Sequence record: SRR22947727_771
DNA length: 61,110 nt
Direction: 5' to 3' (one strand)
The translations under genes and the position numbers were made by a program. A model generated the notes under the pieces. The model did not search any database. It was given only the letters and a program-made list of their open reading frames with translations, and was not told where the DNA came from. Below, in pieces: positions 1 to 10,051 of this stretch. Numbering within the stretch: position 1 is the first letter of the stretch; each line of letters begins with the position of its first letter.

Positions 1-41
1 AGGTCTTGAGCTGTTCAAAACGACCTCAAGTTAAAGATTTT

Positions 42-2462
42 CTAAGCCCGCAGTTTTTTACCCATGGGATCGAAGGGGGGCTGATGCAGTATTTTGGCTT
101 TATGCGGTTGGCCAAGCACCATAACTTCCACCTCATCCCCTGGTCCTACATCTTTGACCATAGCCAGTGCTAAAGAGAGGCCAACGCTATACCCATATGC
201 GCCAGATGTCACCCGTCCAACGCCATTACCGTCTTTGAAAACTGGCTCACCCCCTGTGGCATCAGCGTTTGAAGCGGTTACCGCGGCCTCATTAAGATGC
301 AGCAACACCATCTGTTCGCGCGGCTCTTGCGCCAGAACCGCTTGCAGCGCGGCTTTATTGAGAAAATCTTTATCCATTTTACACAGGCGATCCATGTCCT
401 GCTCATGCGGCCAATATTCGGGGCTGTATTCACGCGACCAGCTACCATATCCTTTTTCTACACGCATCGCCATAAGCGCGCGGCTGCCCACTGGCCCAAC
501 TCCAAATTCTTTGCCTGTCTCAAGTAAAGCTGTGTAAAGCGCCTTTTGATCCGCTGTGTTACAATGTACTTCCCAGCCGAGATCGCCGGTAAAAGACACA
601 CGCAGCATTTTCACATCAATACCGGCCAAGTCGGCACATTTTGAGCGCATAAATTGAAAATCTTCGTTATTCAGCGATGTATTTGTCAGGCGTTGCAAAA
701 TTTTGCGAGATAGGGGACCGGCCAGGTTGAACCCGCAGACTGCTTCAGTCCGACTGTCAAACCTAACGCCCTCTGGCAGTGGCACTGAATCAAAGAACCG
801 TTTGTGATAGCGCTCCGCCATGCCTGAGCCGAAAATCCAGTACTCATCCTGTGCAATCAAGGTGACGGTAAAATCCCCCGCCAGACCGCCGCGCCTTGAT
901 ATCAGCGGCGTCAGGCAGGATCGCCCCACCTCAGTTGGCATTTTATTAGCAAAAACCGCATCCAACCAGTCACGCCCTTTTTTGCCTTGCACCACATATT
1001 TGGCAAAATTGGAAATATCGATAATACCGGCTTTTTCGCGCAGCATTTTACATTCTTTGCCCACTGGCTCGAACCAATTTTGACGGGTAAAACCATTGGT
1101 GTCTTTAACCCCCGGCGTCTCGGCGAACCAAAGCGGATGTTCCCAGCCATAGTTGAGCCCCATGACCGCGCCCATCTCTTTTTGCATCTGATAAATGGGG
1201 CGCGTGCGCACCGGACGACCTGCAGAGCGCTCTTCATTGGGGAAGTGGATGCTAAAACGATGGGCATATTGATCACCAACACGCGATTTGGTGAATTCTT
1301 TGCTTGCCCATGCGCCAAAGCGTGCCACATCCCACGCAAACATATCGTATTTTGTTTCGCCCTCAATTATCCATTCAGCCGCCAAAAGCCCCAAACCGCC
1401 TGACTGGCTAAAGCCCGGAATAACACCGTTGCAACAAAAATAGTTTTTCAGTTCAGGCACTGGGCCAAACAATACATTACTATCTGGTGACCAAATCATC
1501 GGGCCGTTGATCACCCGTTTAATTCCTGCCTCGCCCACGGCAGGTACGCGTTCGATTGCGCGCATCATATTTTCTTCGATCCGGTCCAGATCATCTTCAA
1601 ACAACTCATGGCCAAATCCGGCAGGCGTTTCGCCCTCGGCCCAGAAGCGTAGGTTGCGCTCATAAGCACCAACCAGAAGGCCTTTGCCCTCTTGACGCAA
1701 ATAATATTCACCATCGCGATCTGCCACCGATGGCAAACGGCAGTCCATCGCATCAATCTGGGCAATTGTTTCAGTGACAAAATACTGGTGTTCGGTGGGT
1801 TGCAGTGGCAATTCAAACCCTGCAAGCCTAGCAACTTCGCGGCCCCAAAGACCAGCGGCATTAACCACCCATTGGGTTTTAATGTCACCGTTAGATGTTC
1901 GCACGACCCAACTGCCATCAGGCTGAACTTCAGTCCCTGTTACTGGTGTAAAGCGGTATATTTCTGCCCCGTTCTGACGTGCGCCGGCGGCATACGCGGC
2001 GGTCACGCCCGAGGGGTCGACGTTGCCGCCATCAGGTTCCCACATAATCGAGCGGATGCCATCAAAATTCACCAATGGATGCAACTCTTCAGCTTCTGAA
2101 AGGGTGATTTCAGAAAAATTCATTCCGTAAAGCTTCGCTTTTGCCGCCTGAAGCTGCAATTGGTGTGATCGATTCTGAGTTTGCGCAAGATAAAGGGATC
2201 CGGGCTGGAAAACGCCGCAACTCTGGCCGGTTTCCGCCTCTAGGTCTTTATAAAGCCCCATGGTGTAATGCTGTATGCGACTTATATTGGTGCTATCGTG
2301 AAGTCCGTGGATATTGGCAGCCGCATGCCATGTTGAGCCTGAGGTCAACTCATCCCGCTCCAGCAGAATAACATCGTTCCATCCTAATTTCGTGAGGTGA
2401 TAGAGGATCGAGCATCCAACAACCCCGCCACCGATTACCACTGCCTGTGCATGCGTTTTCAT
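42..2462 (-). CDS. GcvT-family FAD-dependent oxidoreductase (dimethylglycine/sarcosine dehydrogenase-like)
   Basis: 806 aa; N-terminal VVIGGGVVG FAD motif, ERDELTSGSTWHAA, and a C-terminal GcvT folate-binding domain (RVSFTGDLGWEVH, MRVEKGY, GRVTSGAYG). Substrate cannot be fixed from sequence. Confidence 0.9.
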   Translation of the reverse strand: MKTHAQAVVIGGGVVGCSILYHLTKLGWNDVILLERDELTSGSTWHAAANIHGLHDSTNISRIQHYTMGLYKDLEAETGQSCGVFQPGSLYLAQTQNRSHQLQLQAAKAKLYGMNFSEITLSEAEELHPLVNFDGIRSIMWEPDGGNVDPSGVTAAYAAGARQNGAEIYRFTPVTGTEVQPDGSWVVRTSNGDIKTQWVVNAAGLWGREVARLAGFELPLQPTEHQYFVTETIAQIDAMDCRLPSVADRDGEYYLRQEGKGLLVGAYERNLRFWAEGETPAGFGHELFEDDLDRIEENMMRAIERVPAVGEAGIKRVINGPMIWSPDSNVLFGPVPELKNYFCCNGVIPGFSQSGGLGLLAAEWIIEGETKYDMFAWDVARFGAWASKEFTKSRVGDQYAHRFSIHFPNEERSAGRPVRTRPIYQMQKEMGAVMGLNYGWEHPLWFAETPGVKDTNGFTRQNWFEPVGKECKMLREKAGIIDISNFAKYVVQGKKGRDWLDAVFANKMPTEVGRSCLTPLISRRGGLAGDFTVTLIAQDEYWIFGSGMAERYHKRFFDSVPLPEGVRFDSRTEAVCGFNLAGPLSRKILQRLTNTSLNNEDFQFMRSKCADLAGIDVKMLRVSFTGDLGWEVHCNTADQKALYTALLETGKEFGVGPVGSRALMAMRVEKGYGSWSREYSPEYWPHEQDMDRLCKMDKDFLNKAALQAVLAQEPREQMVLLHLNEAAVTASNADATGGEPVFKDGNGVGRVTSGAYGYSVGLSLALAMVKDVGPGDEVEVMVLGQPHKAKILHQPPFDPMGKKLRA

Positions 2463-3006
2463 TTCGTTCCCCTGTTTAAACCGATCTTGTTGCTTTGTCT
2501 GTCAACTATAGGGGTGCTGGAGCATCCCTATCGTCTATCTTTACACGTTCAACCAAGTTTCCACTGATGCCACCAAATAAAAGATTACGCATCAAGTCCT
2601 GCTTAAAAACGACAAAAATCTATCAACTGCTTTTCTTGCAGGCACAAAACGTTTGGTTCAATCCACGCCTCATGCCGCACTCACCTCAAATTACGATGAA
2701 CATTTTTGCAAACACATCAACTTCCAGGTAAACCATGACGCGTTCTAGGCTTAAGTTGGTTAGCCTAAGAGCGCCGAATACTACCTAAATAAGGGAGTTT
2801 GGGGTATAAAAAATTTTGGTTTTTGATAGTTATATCGACCTTTTTATTCACCTTTTAAGTCTGTATGACCTGCCCGGATGCGGATGCGGATGCGATAGAA
2901 TGCGTTAAAACTGCTGGGGCAGTAAGGAACCAAAATACTCAGTACTATTGATGGACGGGTCGGTTTCGAACCTACAGATTTAAAATATTCCTATATAGCA
3001 CAACCT

Positions 3007-3933
3007 ATGACGCCCTATGGAAAAGCTATCTTCTTTGCGCTGCTTTCGACTGCAGGATTTGCGATTCAAGACACTGTAGTGAAACTTCTCACTCAAGTGG
3101 GATCAATTTGGCAGTTGATGTTGCTGAGGTCTTTAGTCGTCATTGCACTTTTATGCCTGTGGGCACGCTTTAAAGACAGATGGAGTGATATTACACCCAC
3201 GACCTTTAGTTGGCCGTTAGTACGCGCTTTTTTTATGTGTCTCGCTTACACACTTTTTTATGGCTGTTACCCGTTCGTATCACTTTCGGATGCGGCTGCA
3301 TGTTTTTTTATGGCCCCAATTTTTGTTTGTGTGTTCGCCCACTTTTTTTTAAAAGAAACGATAGGCCGTTGGCGTATTTTTTCGATAATCATAGGGTTTC
3401 TCGGAGCCTTGTTAATAATTCAACCGGGCTCTACGGCGTTTCGGCCAATTTTGTTTATGCCCGTTTTAGCGGGCGCTTGCTATGCAGCAGGAGTAATCGT
3501 CACTCGTGGCTTTTGCAAAACTCAACCCAGTCTTGCTTTGACCAGTGTACACAATCTATTTTATGCAGGCCTCGGCATATTTATGGTATCTTTCTTGCCA
3601 ATTTTTCCGATTACGCCTGATGTCGCTTTAAAAAATCCGTTTTTATTCCAGGAATGGGTGCCATTGGCACCACCGGTAATTATCATGATTATCGCCACTG
3701 CTGCCACCCACATCGTCGCAATGACCGCATCTATCCGAGCCTATCAGATGGCCGACGCTGCCTTTGTTGCACCAATTGAGTACTGTTACCTCGCATTTGC
3801 GGTGATAATTGACTTTGTAATTTGGGCCTTGTTTCCAAGTGGCTCAACCTTGATTGGAGTGGGCTTAATTGCAGGGTCGGGACTTTTAATTTCGCTAAGA
3901 GAACGCAGCGCCAAGCAAGCTGAACCAGATTAA
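3007..3933 (+). CDS. DMT/EamA-family transporter
   Basis: 308 aa, about 10 hydrophobic segments, APIFV..FAHFFLKE and ADAAFVAPIEY EamA-type motifs. Confidence 0.88.
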   Translation: MTPYGKAIFFALLSTAGFAIQDTVVKLLTQVGSIWQLMLLRSLVVIALLCLWARFKDRWSDITPTTFSWPLVRAFFMCLAYTLFYGCYPFVSLSDAAACFFMAPIFVCVFAHFFLKETIGRWRIFSIIIGFLGALLIIQPGSTAFRPILFMPVLAGACYAAGVIVTRGFCKTQPSLALTSVHNLFYAGLGIFMVSFLPIFPITPDVALKNPFLFQEWVPLAPPVIIMIIATAATHIVAMTASIRAYQMADAAFVAPIEYCYLAFAVIIDFVIWALFPSGSTLIGVGLIAGSGLLISLRERSAKQAEPD

Positions 3934-4012
3934 CTAAAAACTTATCAAATATATCTATGTGGATCATATTTATTAAAATATATTAATCAAATGTTGCCAC
4001 TCTGTAAGCCTT

Positions 4013-4046
4013 CGTTTCGGTGGTTCAAATCCGCCCTCGGGCACCA
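4013..4046 (+). pseudogene. 3' fragment of a tRNA (tRNA-Phe-like); probable integration (att) scar
   Basis: CGTTTCGGTGGTTCAAATCCGCCCTCGGGCACCA: T-stem GGTGG/CCGCC around a TTCAAAT loop, acceptor 3' strand CTCGGGC, discriminator A, CCA. The matching 5' half (GCCCGAG...) is absent upstream. Confidence 0.8.
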
Positions 4047-4748
4047 CCTTTCAAACAGGTGTCATTGACCTAAATTTTCGCCGCTCATGCTATGCGTGTG
4101 TATTTCAAAAGATCAACTACGCAGGGTGTCGCATGTTTGATGGGCTCGACTATAGGTGCAAACACTGTGTCGAAACCATATTGGAAGTACAAAGCTTTTA
4201 TGTTGTTCGTTATTTTGCAAAATGCAGGGTCGTCGAAAGCAGAAACACCGCTGCACCTGGAGTTGAAAGATGGCATGGCTGCGCCTATTGCGATTGTGCA
4301 AGCCAACTTTTAGGAAACTGAAATGTATATAGCGCAATAAATGTTTCCTGCGTCACCGGTTTGAACCCAAGCTGAATGTAGTAAGCTCGATCTCCATAAA
4401 TTACGGCCCGCTCTTTTGAAAACCAGTCTCAATGGTTCCCATACAAATTTAACCATAGCGGCGGCCCCACCTATTGATTGCGCCTAAGGGTGGATTGCTA
4501 CTAACCTAAGAAGAAAAACCGCTATCTTTGAATTTTTGTATCGCAAACGCGTGAATATGATACATATCAGCAGGCCATGACCTAACGTCTTGCCGTTGCG
4601 ATATTGCGTGCCGTGCAAATGAAGCGCATCTTTTGTGCTTACAAGCTACGGGAAGAGCCAAGGTGAGCATAGTTTTCACGACAGAGCCTTGAAACACCGC
4701 GCTTGTATAGTGCCATGGGCTCAGGGATTATTTTTTAATAGGATGATA

Positions 4749-5981
4749 TTATAAACTCTTTGTGTCCGGATGAATATTGCCCCTTTCATACCGTCTTAAT
4801 TGGTGGACACTTACAATGCCCAAAAGAGTAAACGTTCCAACTCCAAGAATCATTACCAAAAGTGTTCCATCAAAAAGTTGACCAACAATTGCAGCTAAAA
4901 TAACTGATCCAATCGTGGCTGTAGCACTGATTAAGCTCGCAGCGGTTCCTGCAATATGGCCAACCGGTTCCATTGCAAGCGCTGTGAGATTTCCCATGGT
5001 TAAACCAGCTTGGAAAAAGATGCTAAACATCCAAAACACAAAAAGAGCAAAACCAAAATTACCAACAAAATATCCTAATGCGTAAATTAAAAGCATCAAA
5101 AAACTCAGTCCCAGCTGTGCTGTAAAAGCAATATAAATGAGTTTGCGCATTCCCACCTTACGAACAAGTTGTGCGTTTAAATAACTAGATGAAGCCGCAA
5201 GCAGAGCTATTAAAGCAAACCATAATGGAAAACTCTGAGCTTGATGAAATACCTGCTCAAAGACTGGTTGGATCAAAAAGATACCCGTGAAGAGTATACT
5301 ATAGGCAAAAACCAGCGTGATGATTGACATCTGTATCATAGGGTTGTGTAGAACTTCTTTGGTTGCTTTCAAAAATTGATCCAATCGAAATTCAATGCGC
5401 CGCTCAATCGTAACAGTTTCATCAATTCGAATTCCGACCCAAAGGGTACTGGCAACAACAAAAATTATGAACATAACAAAAATGGCTCGCCACTCGAACA
5501 TGATTATAACAAATGAACCTAACAATGGGGCGACCGCAGGTACTAAAGCAAAAACGATCATAATAAATGACGAAATCCGAGCCATTTCACGGCCTTGATA
5601 AAAGTCTCTTACTAAAGCTTGTGCAATCACTCTTGGTGCCGAAGCTCCGACGCCTTGCAAAAATCGAGCGACTAAAATCACCTCAAAACTATGGGATATG
5701 ACACATAAAATAGAGGTAAAAATATATAACGAAGTCCCAAAATAGATAACTGATTTTCGTCCAAAGCTATCAGATAATGGTCCAGTAAATAATGTGCCAG
5801 CTGCCATACCGATGACAAAGGTAGACAAAACCATCTGCGCTTGATTAGGGCTTTGTGGCGTAAATTCTTCGGAAATGAGCGATAAAGCAGGTAATATTGC
5901 ATCTATAGACATTGCCACTGTCGCAACCAGCATCGCCATCATAGCTACAAATTCTGTCGTAGACACACGCAAAGATAACAT
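4749..5981 (-). CDS. Bcr/CflA-family multidrug MFS transporter
   Basis: AMSIDAILPAL, GPLSDSFGRKSV (MFS motif A), ARFLQGVGA, about 12 TM segments. Start moved to ATG 5981, which has a purine-rich RBS. Confidence 0.9.
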   Translation of the reverse strand: MLSLRVSTTEFVAMMAMLVATVAMSIDAILPALSLISEEFTPQSPNQAQMVLSTFVIGMAAGTLFTGPLSDSFGRKSVIYFGTSLYIFTSILCVISHSFEVILVARFLQGVGASAPRVIAQALVRDFYQGREMARISSFIMIVFALVPAVAPLLGSFVIIMFEWRAIFVMFIIFVVASTLWVGIRIDETVTIERRIEFRLDQFLKATKEVLHNPMIQMSIITLVFAYSILFTGIFLIQPVFEQVFHQAQSFPLWFALIALLAASSSYLNAQLVRKVGMRKLIYIAFTAQLGLSFLMLLIYALGYFVGNFGFALFVFWMFSIFFQAGLTMGNLTALAMEPVGHIAGTAASLISATATIGSVILAAIVGQLFDGTLLVMILGVGTFTLLGIVSVHQLRRYERGNIHPDTKSL

Positions 5982-6090
5982 CCTTTTTCCGTGAATAAAA
6001 AACGGCTGTGAAACCGCCTTCCTCCTACAAACATCCAAACTTTGGTTGTGAGATTTTAGCATTCATTTTTTTGCAATATTTGCCAATAGA

Positions 6091-6103
6091 AATCAATAAC
6101 TTA
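6091..6103 (+). promoter_or_regulatory. IHF-like binding site
   Basis: AATCAATAACTTA matches the WATCAANNNNTTR consensus in an AT-rich intergenic region; could be chance. Confidence 0.3.
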
Positions 6104-6314
6104 AAATTTGATATATTAAACACCAGCAATACCCTCAATTTCGTAAAATCAGATTCAAATTAGGTGAGTAAGACCAAAAGTTGTTCATAAGCTCACGGAT
6201 AACTGCATTATGGCAAGGTATAAGGCTTGAAACCTCTTGTAATAGTTTTTAGGGATACATGTTTTTAGTTTAAACACACGGCAGAGATATAGAACAATTC
6301 GTGACTAAAGAGAA

Positions 6315-7322
6315 ATGACCTTATTTTCGATTGATCTCAAAGAACTGGCTGAGGACATCATTACAGTCTCTTGGTCCTTATTTCGCGTAATGATTCCTAC
6401 TTTGGTCGTGGTAAAAATTGCGCAAGACTTGGGTGCTGTGGATATTCTTGATATTTGGCTGCAACCGGTCACTGAATTGATTGGCTTGCCGGCCGCGTTA
6501 TCTATTGTGCTGACAACAACAATGCTCACAAACCCCTATGCTGGCTTGATCGTTCTGGCATCTCTTGAGATGATCACCGAACTTAGCGTCGCTGAAACAA
6601 GTATCCTTGCGAGCTTTATGTTATTCGCGCATGCTTTGCCAGTTGAGGCGGTGATTTCTCGACAGGCCGGAACAAAAATAATTTTTGTTGTCTGCTTGCG
6701 CGTTTTCACGGCTGTTATTTTTTGTTTTTTACTGAACCAAGTTTTAACAAGTTTCGATTTATTGCAACAAAAAGCCTTGATACATCTACCGGAATTTCAA
6801 GTTGCCCCCTCCTTGTTCGAGTGGAGCGTAGATCAAATCAAAGGTCTGATCTTTATTCAAATTGTAATAATTGCGTTGTTAACGGCGCTGGCAATCCTCA
6901 AGATCCTCGGCATTGAAAGGCTGATAGCGCTTTGTATGCGGCCTTTCTTGAATTTAATTAAGATAGATGAAAATGCTTCGACAATTATGGTTGTTGGATT
7001 AACCCTAGGCTTGGGCTTTGGCGGTGGTCTTATGATCAAAGAGGTAAAGGCCGGCCATGTGAATAAAATGCAGGCTTTAAGTGCCTTGGTTTTTATCAAT
7101 TTATTTCACTCGGTTTTTGAAGATACAGCGCTGATGATGCTTTTGGGACCCAGTTTGCTGGTGATCTTAGTCCTACGCTTTCTGTTTTGTGTGCTGGTTG
7201 CTTTTCTCTTGATTGCGGCCTTCAGGATCTTAGCTTGGCCAATTGTTGAATGGGCGTGCGTGAATTCCAAAAGCTTCCCACCAACTGCCAACCGTCACCC
7301 AGACCAAAAGGCTAATTTTTAG
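6315..7322 (+). CDS. Nucleoside-recognition (Gate) domain membrane protein
   Basis: 335 aa polytopic protein with FMLFAHALPVE, GLTLGLGFGGGLMIKE and HSVFEDT motifs typical of this family. Confidence 0.75.
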   Translation: MTLFSIDLKELAEDIITVSWSLFRVMIPTLVVVKIAQDLGAVDILDIWLQPVTELIGLPAALSIVLTTTMLTNPYAGLIVLASLEMITELSVAETSILASFMLFAHALPVEAVISRQAGTKIIFVVCLRVFTAVIFCFLLNQVLTSFDLLQQKALIHLPEFQVAPSLFEWSVDQIKGLIFIQIVIIALLTALAILKILGIERLIALCMRPFLNLIKIDENASTIMVVGLTLGLGFGGGLMIKEVKAGHVNKMQALSALVFINLFHSVFEDTALMMLLGPSLLVILVLRFLFCVLVAFLLIAAFRILAWPIVEWACVNSKSFPPTANRHPDQKANF

Positions 7323-7329
7323 GAATGAG

Positions 7330-7501
7330 TGGTGTGCCACATTTTGGGTGGTCTGGGTTAATCGTTAGTACATCTTGGGCCTCTGGTCTACTGGCACGAT
7401 GCTTTCCGGCGCAGGCGAACGATAGCGCTGTGCGGCCTAACTGTCTTGTAGTGGACGGGCCATTTCTCGATCAAGATTTTAGCCTCTCTCAAGGTATAGA
7501 A
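7330..7501 (-). mobile_element. IS3-family transposase 3' remnant with right end
   Basis: Minus strand reads FYTLREAKILIEKWPVHYKTVRPHSA /frameshift/ YRSPAPESIVPVDQRPKMY*, the typical IS3 OrfB C-terminus, followed by a terminus ending ...GCACACCA (TG start on + strand at 7330). Confidence 0.85.
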
Positions 7502-7531
7502 CATGGCAAAGCTGGACCCACAGCACCCCTT

Positions 7532-8332
7532 TTAAAACCCAAATGGGCCATCTCCTCGCACTGGATCAATGCGGATTGACTTAAACCCCTCGGCCCATTG
7601 ATGCAGCAATACGCCACCCTCTTGTTTTAAAAATCCGATCGGGGCATCGTGATGGGTGTTAAACAGAAAACTGCTGCAAACCGAAGGCGCCGATATAACA
7701 GTGTGGCCCGCCAAGCGGGTTGATATATTTCTATGAATATGTCCGCATAACACCAAAATTTCACCCTGATATTCAGCTAGGATCTCGCTAAGCTGCTCAG
7801 TGCCGTTCTGCAGGCCGATGGAATCCATAAACGCCATTCCAGATTTAAAAGGTGGGTGATGCATCATCACAACCGCGGGAGCCTGTTTCAAATCTGCCAA
7901 ACATGTCTTCAAAAACTGCAAAGAGTCTTGATCTAATTCTCCGCCCCCCTGCCCTTCAATCAAGGTATCAAGACCAATAACTTGCAAAGCGCCAAGGCTA
8001 TGTTGCCAGTTCAACTTACCGGCCTTTGGCAAATAACCTACTCCGTCAAATGCTGCGCGAAAGGATGCGCGGGCATCATGATTTCCAGGAATACAAAAAA
8101 TTGGCAGATCCAAAGGCTTCAGAATTGATTTGAAATGCGCATAGCTTTCTGCCGTGCCATCATCGCTCACGTCGCCCGTTACAACGATGCCATCGAGCGG
8201 TCCAACTTCAAATTGCAGCTCTGCTATGCGTAAAGCCAATCGCTTTAAAGGGCCCGAAGTTTCCAAGCGCCCAGAGACAAGGCTACCTGGTTTCACAATA
8301 TGCGTATCAGAGATTTGTAAGAATTGGGTCAT
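7532..8332 (-). CDS. Metallophosphoesterase, GpdQ/CpdA-like phosphodiesterase
   Basis: All five calcineurin-like motifs: SDTH, TGDVSDDG, PGNHD, HHPP, CGHIH. Confidence 0.9.
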   Translation of the reverse strand: MTQFLQISDTHIVKPGSLVSGRLETSGPLKRLALRIAELQFEVGPLDGIVVTGDVSDDGTAESYAHFKSILKPLDLPIFCIPGNHDARASFRAAFDGVGYLPKAGKLNWQHSLGALQVIGLDTLIEGQGGGELDQDSLQFLKTCLADLKQAPAVVMMHHPPFKSGMAFMDSIGLQNGTEQLSEILAEYQGEILVLCGHIHRNISTRLAGHTVISAPSVCSSFLFNTHHDAPIGFLKQEGGVLLHQWAEGFKSIRIDPVRGDGPFGF

Positions 8333-8431
8333 TTTAGCACCTCATAGGCCTCGCGTCATCACTCGTTTGCGCATCTTAAACACCTTAACAGGGCCTGTTA
8401 ATTTTCAGGCTAAGGTAGAAATAACCCGCTA

Positions 8432-9214
8432 TCAAACAGGATTACCAGCATCTGTTAGGATCAGGTTATCCTGCAAGCTTTCAAGCAAAGTCGCATAATT
8501 TCCATTTGGCAAACGATCAAGGATAACCGTATCAACATCGGCAATATTTTCACCTGCTGCCGGTGCCAAGCGGCCAAATTTCGAGTGATCAATCACAAGG
8601 ATCGACCGTTGCGAGTTTGCCATAATCTGCTCACGTGCGCGCACCTCTGCGGCATGAAACTCAAGCAGCGATCCATCCTCAGCAATACCTGCAACGCCAA
8701 ATATACAAAATTCGGCGCGGTAGCGGCTAAAAAACGCCAAAACATCTTCCCCTAAAATATCGCGATCTGGCAATCGTAATTCGCCCCCGGGTAAAATAAT
8801 CCGATTGGTCATTTCGTCGCTCAACGCCAACGCCGCGCTTAAATTATTGGTAATAACCGTCAATCCTTTGCGGCGGCGTAACGCGCGTGCAACGCTCAGC
8901 GGCGTCGATCCGATCGAAATAAAAACAGTGGCCCCATCCGGGATCAGCTCTGCTGCAGCCTCGCCAATATTACGCTTTTCCGCCAGATTAGTCGAAAGCC
9001 TTTGATCAAATGGGGTGTTTGACTGCCGCGGCGATAGCTCAACGCGCCCATGCCGCCGTTTCAGCAATCCCCCTTCGCATAATTTATCCACATCGCGGCG
9101 GATCGTTTGCGTTGAAACATCCAAAACTTCAGCTAAAGCGCCAACAGACAGCGCTCCACGTTCAAGAACGATGTCCTCAATTAACTTGTGCCGTTTCTTC
9201 TTTTTCGCTGACAT
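8432..9214 (-). CDS. DeoR/GlpR-family transcriptional regulator
   Basis: HTH signature VSTQTIRRDV; sugar-binding domain with EKRNIG..AAELIPDG, VITNN, VIDHSKF. Confidence 0.92.
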   Translation of the reverse strand: MSAKKKKRHKLIEDIVLERGALSVGALAEVLDVSTQTIRRDVDKLCEGGLLKRRHGRVELSPRQSNTPFDQRLSTNLAEKRNIGEAAAELIPDGATVFISIGSTPLSVARALRRRKGLTVITNNLSAALALSDEMTNRIILPGGELRLPDRDILGEDVLAFFSRYRAEFCIFGVAGIAEDGSLLEFHAAEVRAREQIMANSQRSILVIDHSKFGRLAPAAGENIADVDTVILDRLPNGNYATLLESLQDNLILTDAGNPV

Positions 9215-9223
9215 GAATGCTCC

Positions 9224-10042
9224 CTACATGGTTTCAATCAAACGCTCAAGGAAAGCAGCGGTTTTGGGTACACGCCCTATGTTTTTACGAACCTCAATGA
9301 TTAATTTCGGTGCAGATTCACTCTTCTGCAAAGCATCCATAACGGGCTGCCAAGAAATTGCACCTTCGCCGGGAAGCCAATGACGATCAGCATACCCATC
9401 CACATCTTGTAAATGGACATGCGCGAGCCGGTTTTCTGCAGCCGCAATAAAATCCACCACCGAGGGGGCTTTATAATTGCAATGAGATAAATGCGCATGC
9501 CCAGTATCAACCGAAAGCTGCAGGTTTGGATGATCAATTTCACGTACAGCGCGCATCCTCATATCCGGATCCGTGTCATCACAGTTTTCCAAGACCAACG
9601 TGCATCCGATATCAGCGGCGCGTTGTAAAGGTACTTTTAAAATATCACCCATTGAAGAAATAACGCCGGATTGCACGAATGGATATTGCCACTGATTCAA
9701 CTTTATCCAATCGTTAAACGGGCTATGAACAACCATATATTGGGCGTTCATATGCTCGCAAATTCCCAGCGCGCTGAGCAATCGCGCCGTGATCAATTTT
9801 TGAAAAGCTGTCTCCAAATTGCCAAGGTCTAGGCCAAAAAACGGCCCATGCAACCCGCGTGGCCCTTTATGAGCTTGCAGCTTTTCTTGGTAGCGAGAAA
9901 CCAAACCCGACAGATCGCCTGACAATATATTTGGTAGCGTAAAGTCTTGAATTTCAATCGGCCTGTCTTGCTCACAAAGCCAGTTAAATACCGCATCAAT
10001 ATTATCTAATGTAACGGCCGCTCCGATTTTCGAAAGCGTCAT
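9224..10042 (-). CDS. Sugar-phosphate isomerase/epimerase, AP-endonuclease-2 TIM-barrel family
   Basis: LHGPF, VLEN, VDTGHAH, HVHLQD..G..DRHW.PGEG, IIE metal-binding motifs. Confidence 0.85.
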   Translation of the reverse strand: MTLSKIGAAVTLDNIDAVFNWLCEQDRPIEIQDFTLPNILSGDLSGLVSRYQEKLQAHKGPRGLHGPFFGLDLGNLETAFQKLITARLLSALGICEHMNAQYMVVHSPFNDWIKLNQWQYPFVQSGVISSMGDILKVPLQRAADIGCTLVLENCDDTDPDMRMRAVREIDHPNLQLSVDTGHAHLSHCNYKAPSVVDFIAAAENRLAHVHLQDVDGYADRHWLPGEGAISWQPVMDALQKSESAPKLIIEVRKNIGRVPKTAAFLERLIETM

Positions 10043-10051
10043 GACCTCTCC

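Noticed and set aside
2508..2531. Near-perfect inverted repeat ATAGGGGTGCT-GG-AGCATCCCTAT upstream of the GcvT-family gene
   Set aside because: Single occurrence, no recognisable riboswitch or operator consensus; function cannot be supported.
2654..2671. TGGTTCAATCCACGCCTC resembling a second tRNA 3' fragment
   Set aside because: T-stem does not pair and there is no CCA end; likely chance.
2875..2892. CGGATG x3 tandem repeat
   Set aside because: Too short, intergenic, no spacers; not CRISPR or iteron-like.
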